The translations under genes and the position numbers were made by a program. Positions 56,146 through 64,000 of a stretch of DNA of 64,000 nucleotides are shown here, one piece after another. The stretch is from an uncultured Pseudomonadales bacterium. Lineage in GTDB: Bacteria; Patescibacteriota; Microgenomatia; UBA1400; PJMF01. The notes under the pieces were generated by a model. It saw only the letters and a program-made list of their open reading frames with translations, did not search any database and was not told where the DNA came from. The stretch is taken from NCBI GenBank assembly GCA_964455555.1, contig CAYVXV010000004.1, forward strand, positions 7,771 to 71,770, written 5' to 3'. The stretch's first letter is position 1. Every line of letters starts with the position of its first letter.

Positions 56146-57831
56146 TCACTTAGCTCTATAGATTGAATACCAGTAATCTTCGTTTATAACAGGAAATATT
56201 TTATTGTACCTAGTGTTGTCTGCTCCCCAAACTTCTATCTCCTGATGCCCTATAAAAACATAGTCCACATTATATTTTTCAAAAATATGCTCCGAGCTTT
56301 CGGGTTCAGCAAACATCATTGATAGATCGGCTTCAACCTCCAGATAATCATATCCATGTGACCACAGCCATCCTCGATAAGACATTATCGTCTGGCGCCC
56401 AGCCAGGCTGCCCAGCCAGCCATGATGGTCATCATGAGCAATCCATATTGAATCCGGGCTGGTATTTTTTCTAACCCACTCTGCAGCCTCAAGATCACGA
56501 TTTTGGAACATTGTAAAATTAAAGCTTTCAAATTGAATAATTCTAATTGCATCAAAGCCGCCTGACAGAATACTCATTGCAAACAGCAGGACAGCCAGGA
56601 ATTTTTTTAGAGTGTTCCCCTGCCATAGCCGTTGGAGAAAATAAGCAGCTAGGCCGGCAAAGCCAAGGGCGGCCCAGACAATTATTTTTGTGTTATCCCA
56701 GTTCCAAGGTTGAAACTTTACTAAGTTGGCTGCGGCAAACAGCAGAAAAAACGGCAGAAAAATCATTGCCAATCCACGTTTCTTCTGGTAAAGCAACACC
56801 AAGCCAATGAAAGCGAGTAGGGGGACAACACCCCAGTTCAGCAGCCAGAATTTTATCCAAGGCAGGTTGTACACCGGCGCCAGCCAACCCGGTTCCCAAA
56901 CAAAAAATTGTTTATTGAGAGTGCCTCTTATAAAAATATTGGTTATTAGTGCGCCGACAGAAGCCGCCAAGACCCCTGCCGCTGTCCAACGGGCAAGAAC
57001 AGGCAGCTTCCACCTGTTGGTGATTGCTGCAGCTAAAAACCAACCGGTCAAAATGACGGCCACAGCAATGGCGGTGTGGGTGTGAATTATCGGCAGAAAG
57101 CCAATCGACATTAAAGTCAGGAGAAAAAGCGGGTTTTTTGGAGGCTTTTTTTCAGTTGAAGTTAGGTAACGGAACATCAGTGTTAACAGAATCAGGGCTA
57201 TCGGCAGCCCTAAGGTAAACGCCCGCTGCGGCAGAAGCATGCTGTCTATGATAGAAATCCATTTAATCCCTGCCTCAGGGTTATTGGTTGCGGGTGTGGC
57301 GGCCAACCAAAGATTATTTCCTGATTCCCAGGCTGCAATCATAGATTGGATACTATAGATAAATCCTAAACCTCCATTGAGCATAAATAATGAGGCAGCG
57401 GCTGCAGCAATTTTTTTTGACCGGAAAATTGTGCGGTAAAACCAGTAAAGCGCTACGATCCCCAGGACTGAAAAAATCAAGCTGGGAATGACAAATGCCG
57501 GCACTAGCTTGACTCCAAATTTCATCAACAAACCGGAGAATACATCAGCGACAAGCGGATACTGCAGAGGCTCTGTTATCAGCAAGGGATTTTGTGAAAG
57601 AATTCCTGTCCCCCGCTCAACAAAAGAAGTGCCGATCATAAAATGAAGCACCCAATCCCCCCAAGTATTTACATGGCGGGCAATCAAATCTCCGGTTTCA
57701 GAATAAATAAATAGATTGGACCATAGGTAAATAAAGTAGGTAGCCCATCCGCCTAAGAAGAAAATTTCAAACCAATTTTGGCGAAAAAAAACACGGATCA
57801 ATTTTGGCAACAGTTTTTGTTTGGCTGTCAT
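56146..57831 (-). CDS. Polytopic membrane protein, probable GT-C glycosyltransferase
   Basis: About 12 TM; TWGDW..H in first loop; NPLL..PLQYP; C-terminal WVRKNT..YNVDYVFIG. Confidence 0.7.
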   Translation of the reverse strand: MTAKQKLLPKLIRVFFRQNWFEIFFLGGWATYFIYLWSNLFIYSETGDLIARHVNTWGDWVLHFMIGTSFVERGTGILSQNPLLITEPLQYPLVADVFSGLLMKFGVKLVPAFVIPSLIFSVLGIVALYWFYRTIFRSKKIAAAAASLFMLNGGLGFIYSIQSMIAAWESGNNLWLAATPATNNPEAGIKWISIIDSMLLPQRAFTLGLPIALILLTLMFRYLTSTEKKPPKNPLFLLTLMSIGFLPIIHTHTAIAVAVILTGWFLAAAITNRWKLPVLARWTAAGVLAASVGALITNIFIRGTLNKQFFVWEPGWLAPVYNLPWIKFWLLNWGVVPLLAFIGLVLLYQKKRGLAMIFLPFFLLFAAANLVKFQPWNWDNTKIIVWAALGFAGLAAYFLQRLWQGNTLKKFLAVLLFAMSILSGGFDAIRIIQFESFNFTMFQNRDLEAAEWVRKNTSPDSIWIAHDDHHGWLGSLAGRQTIMSYRGWLWSHGYDYLEVEADLSMMFAEPESSEHIFEKYNVDYVFIGHQEIEVWGADNTRYNKIFPVINEDYWYSIYRAK

Positions 57832-57865
57832 AAGGCAGGCTTAAAAGAAGAGTTTTTTTAGCGGC

Positions 57866-58789
57866 CTACTCTTCTAATGTTGTATATTGGCCGCTGGCCC
57901 AGCCTTCCTCGCCTTGAAAGCTAATTTTATGCCAGCCGGTAGTTGTTTCCTCCAGGTAAGGGTGAAAAGAGCCGACTTGAGCAAAACCAAGCTCTCGGCC
58001 ATTGGCGCCCGGCAGGTTTCTAATTCTTAGCACTTCCTCTCCATTTTGGAAAAAGTTGGTAGAGTTAATGCGAATTCTAGGCAGGCTGACTTCTGAGCTT
58101 GATTGGCCTGCAAGCTGCTGAGTTCTGGCAGATTGGGTGGCTGCTGAGGTTTCTGTATTGGTTGAACTTGTGGCAGTCTCAGAGCTGTCTAGGTCGCTGA
58201 GACCAATGCCACCAGCACCATTAGGATTTTCCTTTGCTAGTTTAACTGTCACCAGCATCCTGTATCCTTGTGCAACATCAACTGTGTACTCTTGAAATTC
58301 ATATGATGGCAATGTGACATTGAGTGAGTTGTGCCCCGGTTCAACATTGGTATAGAGCACGGGAGAGAACTCTTTTTCCCTTCCGGCTAGGGTTACAATT
58401 GCCCCATCCGGAATCGTGACAACAGAAATTTCTGCAGAAGATTTATTTTTCAAGGGTTCAAGTTCATAAATAACGCCTCCGCTGAACTCCGCCCTTGTTC
58501 CCGGTTTCCAGGTTACTACAGTCAGTGTTCCGGGGCGCAGATTAACAGTTGTCTCGTGAGGAACATAATCCGGGTTGTCAGGCTGAATTCGCAGGGTATA
58601 TGTTCCAGGCTGAAGGTTTTTTTCCACCAAAGGGGTTTTTTCCAAGTAAGTGTCATTGATAAAAATTGCACTGTCTACTTGGTCTGTAACAACTTGAAGC
58701 CCAGCCTTTTGCTTCTTATCCAACAAACTGCAGGCTGAAAAAATTGCACTGCTGCTTAGCAGGATCAGGATAACTACCAGTGTCCTCAT
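57866..58789 (-). CDS. PEGA-domain surface protein with C-terminal SH3-like domain
   Basis: Signal ending FSAC; IFIND..KTP..PGTYTLRI; TIPDGA; LRIR..PG..GWHKI..EGW. Confidence 0.82.
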   Translation of the reverse strand: MRTLVVILILLSSSAIFSACSLLDKKQKAGLQVVTDQVDSAIFINDTYLEKTPLVEKNLQPGTYTLRIQPDNPDYVPHETTVNLRPGTLTVVTWKPGTRAEFSGGVIYELEPLKNKSSAEISVVTIPDGAIVTLAGREKEFSPVLYTNVEPGHNSLNVTLPSYEFQEYTVDVAQGYRMLVTVKLAKENPNGAGGIGLSDLDSSETATSSTNTETSAATQSARTQQLAGQSSSEVSLPRIRINSTNFFQNGEEVLRIRNLPGANGRELGFAQVGSFHPYLEETTTGWHKISFQGEEGWASGQYTTLEE

Positions 58790-58807
58790 ACCTAGTAGTG
58801 TACCATG

Positions 58808-61381
58808 CTAACTGACTAGTTTTTTAAAAGATGTAGGGGGTTTGGTTAAGGCCAGCATTAGCACCTCCGAGATATGGCTGACCGGCTTAAAAGTGATTTC
58901 TTTTTTTACTGCATCAGGCAGCTTGTCTAAGTCGCGGGCATTTTCAGCCGGTATCAAGATAGTTTTGCTGCCTGCTCTGTGAGCGGCAATGCTTTTTTCT
59001 TTAAGCCCGCCGATTCTTAAGATGCGCCCTCTCAGGGTAACCTCGCCTGTCATGGCCACATCTTTTTTAACCGGAATATTGGTAAAGGCTGAAACGATGG
59101 CGGTGGTAATGGTGACGCCAGCCGAAGGCCCATCTTTTGGCACGCCGCCTTCAGGTACGTGGATGTGGACGTCAGTTTTTTTGACCACCTCTTCATCTAT
59201 GCCGAGCCCATGGGCATTTGATTTGACATAAGTTAGAGCAGCTTGAGCTGATTCCTTCATTACGTCGCCAAGAGTTCCGGTTAGTTTAATTTCCCCTTTC
59301 CCTGGAGTCAGGGCAACCTCGATAAAGAGTACGTCTCCACCCACGCTGGTAAATGCCAGCCCAGTAGCCTGGCCAATGATATCCTCCTTTTCTGCCAAGG
59401 TGACATCAAATTTTTGTGGGCCGAGGTAATCTGTTAAAGTTTTCTTAGTGATTGTGACTTTTTCTTCGGTCGCCAGCTCATCACTGTCGCTTTCAAGTAG
59501 TTCGCGGGCAACTTTTCTCATGATTTTACTTAGAGTTCTTTCAAGATTTCGGACGCCGGCCTCACGAGTATAGTGGTCGATGATATCCTCGATAACTGCG
59601 CCGGATATAGAAATCTGCTCTTCACTCAGGCTGTTTGCTTCCAACACCTTGTTGAGCAGGTGTTTATTGGCAATATGAAATTTTTCTTCTTGAGTGTAGC
59701 CAGCATAGTTGATTATTTCCAACCTATCCTTGAGGGCAGGAGGGATGGTATCCAGCCGGTTAGCTGTGGTAATGAAGATCACCTTTGACAGATCAAAAGG
59801 AATGTCAATGTAGTGATCCTCGAATTTATTATTTTGTTCAGGATCCAAAGCTTCCAGCAGTGCAGCTGAGGGGTCGCCTTTGTAGTCGCCGCCGATTTTA
59901 TCAACTTCATCTAACATGAAAACCGGGTTTTTTGTGCCGGCATTTTTAATGCCGCTGATGATTTTTCCAGCCATGGCTCCGACGTAAGTTCGACGGTGGC
60001 CGCGGATTTCTGCTTCATCTTTAATTCCGCCAAGTGAGACCTTAACAAATTTTCTGCCCAGGGCTTCAGCAATTGACCGGCCGATGCTGGTCTTGCCTAC
60101 TCCCGGCGGCCCGGCAAAACATAGAATTGTTGGCAAGTTGGCTTTTGTGGAGGCAACGGAGTCTGTTTCATTACGCTGCTGCCTGAGCTGCATGACTGCA
60201 ATGTATTCGAGTATCCGGTCTTTCACTTCCTCCAGGCCGTAGTGGTTCTTTTCTAATACTGCTGCAGCTTTTTTTAGATCAACACTGCCAAGATATTCAT
60301 CATCCCAGGGCAACTCAAAAATTGTGTCGAGCCAACTGCGGACGTAGCCGGCCTCCGGGTTGTTCACAGACATCTGCCGCAAGCGCTTGATTTCTTTGCT
60401 GATTTTCTTTTTAGTGTCAGGTTCAAGATTTAATTTTTTAAGCCTCTTTTCATATTCGCCCACAACCTCTTCATCGTCGTCAATTTCACCAAGTTCTCGC
60501 TTAATGGTATTTAAACGCTCCCTGAGAATATTTTCCCTCATGCTTTTATCAAACTTTTCCTGGGTCTTATGCACCACATCTTTTTCAATCTCAAGCACTT
60601 TCATTTCATGAGTCAGGTGCTTGATGACTAATTTCATTCTGTCTTTGACCTCAACGGTTTCCAAGACGTGTTGTTTTTCTTGTGAGTCAATGCTTAGAGT
60701 GCTGGCTATTTGGTCTACCAGTTCGCCATGGGTGACCCCACCCATAAGCTTCATAAAGTTTAGGAACTCTACGGGTTTGCCCATGTGGACGGCCTTGCGG
60801 AACTCCTTTTGCAGGTGGGCAACCATTGCCTTCATTTCTTCATCTTTTGTTTCTATATCAGGAAGTTTGGCCACCTCTGTGGTAAACATTGGAGTGGTTT
60901 CAATAAAACGGAGAATTTTAACCCTGCCTATACCGCGGACCAGTGCATTGACACTGTCCTCTGTTTTTAGAGTTTTCTCAATAATCGCTAAAGTACCGAT
61001 CTCAAAAAGGTCGGAAGGCTTGGGATAATCAATCTTAGGGTCGCGCTGGGTAACCAGAACAACCAGTTTTTTGCTGCCGTTGGCTGCTTTCAGGGCGTTA
61101 AGAGAAACTTTCCGGCCGAAAGTCAGAACAGATTCGGTACTGGGAAACAGGACTCCTTCCCTAATCGGAATGGTAGGAAGTTTCAGCAGTTCTTCAGAGC
61201 GTTTTCTGATTGTTTTTTTTGATTTGGCGGCAGTGTTGTTGCCCTTCTTTGGAGTCATGGCATTGCTGGTTTGGTCTTTCATGACTTTGACCAAATCACG
61301 CACTCCTCTCTCTGGAGGAGTACTGTCTTGAGACTGTTTTTTATTCTTGGATTTAGGGTTTTTTGAAGTGTCATTCTTCAT
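58808..61381 (-). CDS. lon: ATP-dependent protease La
   Basis: GPPGVGKT, IRGHRRTYVG, LDEVDK, PKDGPSAG, IGGLKEK. Confidence 0.98.
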   Translation of the reverse strand: MKNDTSKNPKSKNKKQSQDSTPPERGVRDLVKVMKDQTSNAMTPKKGNNTAAKSKKTIRKRSEELLKLPTIPIREGVLFPSTESVLTFGRKVSLNALKAANGSKKLVVLVTQRDPKIDYPKPSDLFEIGTLAIIEKTLKTEDSVNALVRGIGRVKILRFIETTPMFTTEVAKLPDIETKDEEMKAMVAHLQKEFRKAVHMGKPVEFLNFMKLMGGVTHGELVDQIASTLSIDSQEKQHVLETVEVKDRMKLVIKHLTHEMKVLEIEKDVVHKTQEKFDKSMRENILRERLNTIKRELGEIDDDEEVVGEYEKRLKKLNLEPDTKKKISKEIKRLRQMSVNNPEAGYVRSWLDTIFELPWDDEYLGSVDLKKAAAVLEKNHYGLEEVKDRILEYIAVMQLRQQRNETDSVASTKANLPTILCFAGPPGVGKTSIGRSIAEALGRKFVKVSLGGIKDEAEIRGHRRTYVGAMAGKIISGIKNAGTKNPVFMLDEVDKIGGDYKGDPSAALLEALDPEQNNKFEDHYIDIPFDLSKVIFITTANRLDTIPPALKDRLEIINYAGYTQEEKFHIANKHLLNKVLEANSLSEEQISISGAVIEDIIDHYTREAGVRNLERTLSKIMRKVARELLESDSDELATEEKVTITKKTLTDYLGPQKFDVTLAEKEDIIGQATGLAFTSVGGDVLFIEVALTPGKGEIKLTGTLGDVMKESAQAALTYVKSNAHGLGIDEEVVKKTDVHIHVPEGGVPKDGPSAGVTITTAIVSAFTNIPVKKDVAMTGEVTLRGRILRIGGLKEKSIAAHRAGSKTILIPAENARDLDKLPDAVKKEITFKPVSHISEVLMLALTKPPTSFKKLVS

Positions 61382-61384
61382 AGA

Positions 61385-61418
61385 TTAGCATTCTAACTTT
61401 TTGACTGCTAAAGTGCAA
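61385..61418 (-). promoter_or_regulatory. CIRCE (HrcA operator) overlapping the lon promoter
   Basis: TTAGCAGTC-N9-GAATGCTAA within TTGCAC-17-TAGAAT; -10 is 8 nt from ATG. Confidence 0.8.
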
Positions 61419-61492
61419 GTACGAGTCTTTCTATACCTTAAAACTTGTCACTCTACTGCATTGTTTACAACTGAAAACCTGATGAAATGGGG

Positions 61493-61566
61493 TGGGTGAC
61501 AATGGACTCGAACCATTGACCTCAGTCTTATCAGGACTGCGCTCTAACCAGCTGAGCTAGTCACCC
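61493..61566 (-). tRNA. tRNA-Ile (GAT)
   Basis: GGGTGAC acceptor, CAGTC-CTGATAA-GACTG, GGTTCGAGTCC; CCA not encoded. Confidence 0.96.
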
Positions 61567-61691
61567 ACTTTGAGGTTAAATTGACGGGATAAACGAACCA
61601 CCCGGCGAAGTATTATTGTAACATATTAATTTTACTTGTCCGCCCTTAAACTCGCTGATAGCTTGAGGTGATCAATGGTTATAGTTATTGC

Positions 61692-64000
61692 CTAGGACTT
61701 CTTTTTCAGCGCTAGTTGCTCACCTTTTATCGAAGCGACAACCTCGTCCCCGTCACTAATCTCTCCTTCGATAATCATCATAGAGAGCTGATCTAGGATT
61801 TCAGTTTGTATAAGTCTTTTAAGTGGCCTGGCACCAAAAACCGGATCATAACCCTTTTTAGCCAGAAGATTGGCAGCTGCATCGGAAACAGTAATCCTTA
61901 TATTTTTTCCCGATAATCGCCTACTGACCTCTTGCAGTTGCAGTTTCACTACTTGGGCAATTTCATTTTCACTCAACGGTTTAAAGATTATTATTTCATC
62001 CAGCCTGTTAAGAAACTCAGGTCGGAAATGCTGCCGAACTACCTGGCGGACTGCCTCTTCCTGCTCCTTCGGTTTATCTTTTAATTCCTGAATTAGGTCA
62101 CTGCCAAGGTTGGAGGTCATAATAATAACCGTATTTTTAAAGTCTACCGTCCTGCCCTTACTGTCAGTGAGCCGCCCATCCTCAAGTACTTGAAGGAGGA
62201 TATTAAATACTTCTTGGTGGGCTTTTTCTATTTCATCAAAAAGAATCACGCTATAAGGATGGCGGCGGATTGCTTCAGTGAGCTGCCCGCCTTCTTCATA
62301 ACCTACATACCCCGGCGGTGAGCCAATTAATCTAGCCACAGAGTGGCGTTCCATATATTCGCTCATGTCGATCCGCACCATCATATCCTGGTCATTAAAT
62401 AGGAATTCAGCTAAGGCTCTGGCGGTTTCTGTTTTTCCCACACCAGTGGGGCCTAAAAAGAGGAATGAACCGATCGGCCTGCCGGTTGCTTGAATTCCGG
62501 CGCGGCTGCGCCTGACAGCATTGGAAACGGCAGTCAGAGCCTCCGACTGCCCCACCACTCTCTGCTTAAGTTCTTCTTCCATCCGGACTAGTTTTTCACT
62601 TTCTTCCGAAAGCATTTTTTCTACAGGAATGCCGGTCCAACGGGCAATGACCGAAGCAATATCCTCCTCGGTCACCTCTTCTTTAAGGATTTTTTGCCCG
62701 GCTTGAACCTTCTTTAATTCTTTGGTCAATTCGTCTAGCCGCCTCTGGGTTTCAGGTATCTCACCATAATTTATCTCTGCTACTCTCTGTAGATTAAGAT
62801 TGCGCTCTTCTTGGATCGCTTCTTCTCTCAGTTGATCCAGTTTTATATTCAAGTCTTTGACTTCGTCGATAACTTTCTTTTCATTTTGCCAATGCAGTTC
62901 TAATCTGGAATATTCCTCATTGAGCTCGGACAGCTCCTTTTCTAACTCTGCCAATCGTTGTTTCGATGTATCGTCCTCCTCTTTTTTTAAAGCCTGCTTT
63001 TCAATTTCTAGTTGGCGGACCCTTCTTTCCAACTGGTCTAAAACAGTAGGTTTGCTATCAATCTCAATCTTAATGCCGGAAGCAGCTTCATCCATGAGAT
63101 CTATAGCCTTGTCGGGAAGAAAGCGGTCGGCTATATAGCGGTCTGACAACCTGGCGGCTGCTACCAAAGCGTTGTCCCTAATCCTAACACCATGATGGGC
63201 TTCATACTTTTCTTTGATGCCCCGGAGGATGGAGATTGTATCTTCTACTGACGGCTCTTCGACCATCACCGGTTGAAAACGCCGCTCCAAAGCTGCATCT
63301 TTTTCAATATATTGTCTGTATTCTTTGAGAGTAGTGGCGCCGATAGTTCTCAGTGAGCCACGCGCCAGTGCCGGCTTGAGCAGATTTCCCGCATCTGTGG
63401 AGCCTTCGGCTGCCCCAGCTCCGACAATAGTATGAAGCTCGTCGATGAATAAGATTATTTCACCTTCGGCCGCTTCAATTTCGTTAATCACAGCTTTGAG
63501 CCTGTCCTCAAACTCACCGCGGTATTTGGCGCCGGCAACTAACGAGCCCATATCCAAAGCCAGAATGCGTTTGTTTCTGAGCAGGTCGGGAATATCGTTG
63601 TCAATAATTTTTTTTGCTAAACCCTCAATGATGGCTGTTTTTCCGACACCAGGCTCACCGACTAAAACAGGATTGTTTTTGGTTCGGCGGGAAAGGATTT
63701 GCAGGACGCGGCGGATTTCCGCATCCCGGCCGATAACAGGGTCAATCTTGCCTTCTCTTGCCAACTTAGTAAAATCCAAAGTGTATTTTTCCAGCGATTG
63801 ATATTTGCCCTCAGGATCTTTATCCACTACTTTTTGATTGCCGCGGACGTCACCTAAAGCTTCCAACACTTGTTTTTTGGAAAGCTTAAAAATTTCCTTA
63901 ATATTTTTTTGCCCAAGCAAGGCGAGGAACAGATGTTCGACACTCACGTACTCATCTTTTAAGTTATCTGCCTCCTGCTCAGCTTGGTCAAACACCTGTC
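61692..64000 (-). CDS. clpB: Chaperone ClpB (5'-truncated by window edge)
   Basis: [15 protein letters not shown], long coiled-coil middle domain, [24 protein letters not shown]. Confidence 0.97.
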   Translation of the reverse strand, partial: QVFDQAEQEADNLKDEYVSVEHLFLALLGQKNIKEIFKLSKKQVLEALGDVRGNQKVVDKDPEGKYQSLEKYTLDFTKLAREGKIDPVIGRDAEIRRVLQILSRRTKNNPVLVGEPGVGKTAIIEGLAKKIIDNDIPDLLRNKRILALDMGSLVAGAKYRGEFEDRLKAVINEIEAAEGEIILFIDELHTIVGAGAAEGSTDAGNLLKPALARGSLRTIGATTLKEYRQYIEKDAALERRFQPVMVEEPSVEDTISILRGIKEKYEAHHGVRIRDNALVAAARLSDRYIADRFLPDKAIDLMDEAASGIKIEIDSKPTVLDQLERRVRQLEIEKQALKKEEDDTSKQRLAELEKELSELNEEYSRLELHWQNEKKVIDEVKDLNIKLDQLREEAIQEERNLNLQRVAEINYGEIPETQRRLDELTKELKKVQAGQKILKEEVTEEDIASVIARWTGIPVEKMLSEESEKLVRMEEELKQRVVGQSEALTAVSNAVRRSRAGIQATGRPIGSFLFLGPTGVGKTETARALAEFLFNDQDMMVRIDMSEYMERHSVARLIGSPPGYVGYEEGGQLTEAIRRHPYSVILFDEIEKAHQEVFNILLQVLEDGRLTDSKGRTVDFKNTVIIMTSNLGSDLIQELKDKPKEQEEAVRQVVRQHFRPEFLNRLDEIIIFKPLSENEIAQVVKLQLQEVSRRLSGKNIRITVSDAAANLLAKKGYDPVFGARPLKRLIQTEILDQLSMMIIEGEISDGDEVVASIKGEQLALKKKS

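Noticed and set aside
1-64000. CRISPR array, rRNA, transposase, integrase or prophage genes
   Set aside because: No regularly spaced repeats, rRNA signatures or matching protein motifs seen.

Overview
Chromosomal segment of a small-genome monoderm bacterium. Gene content (rpmF-nusB-rnc, DUF5660-like gene, shortened PheT, trigger factor and MiaB, type IV pilus locus without secretin) points to Patescibacteria/CPR, probably Microgenomates; this is an inference. Genetic code 11. 1-20.2 kb is a type IV pilus locus (pilB, pilT, pilC, major pilin, pilD, minor pilins, pilX, pilMNO). It is interrupted by an opposite-strand block (pilW-like pilin, 1388-aa Cys-rich surface protein, 753-aa protein) and a deaminase + NDT-RHH gene pair. 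The rest is mostly housekeeping: khpA, rpsP, rnc, acp-like, nusB, rpmF, recG, tyrS, pheT, pheS, class A PBP, rplT, rpmI, infC, tig, miaB, miaA, rnpB, uppP, comM, gap, pyrH, femX-like, pcrA, tpiA, lon, clpB, three tRNAs and three membrane glycosyltransferase-like genes. Signals not in the ORF track: a Phe/Tyr-rich leader-peptide attenuator ahead of pheS-pheT-tyrS; a GC-rich foreign gene flanked by 12-bp inverted repeats; an ACP homologue without the phosphopantetheine serine; two variant CIRCE promoter-operators (one orphan); many apparently leaderless promoters; a Zn-motif-free PilB; a 33-aa membrane peptide; and a possible inversion in the pilus locus. All calls come from reading motifs by eye; no database search was run.
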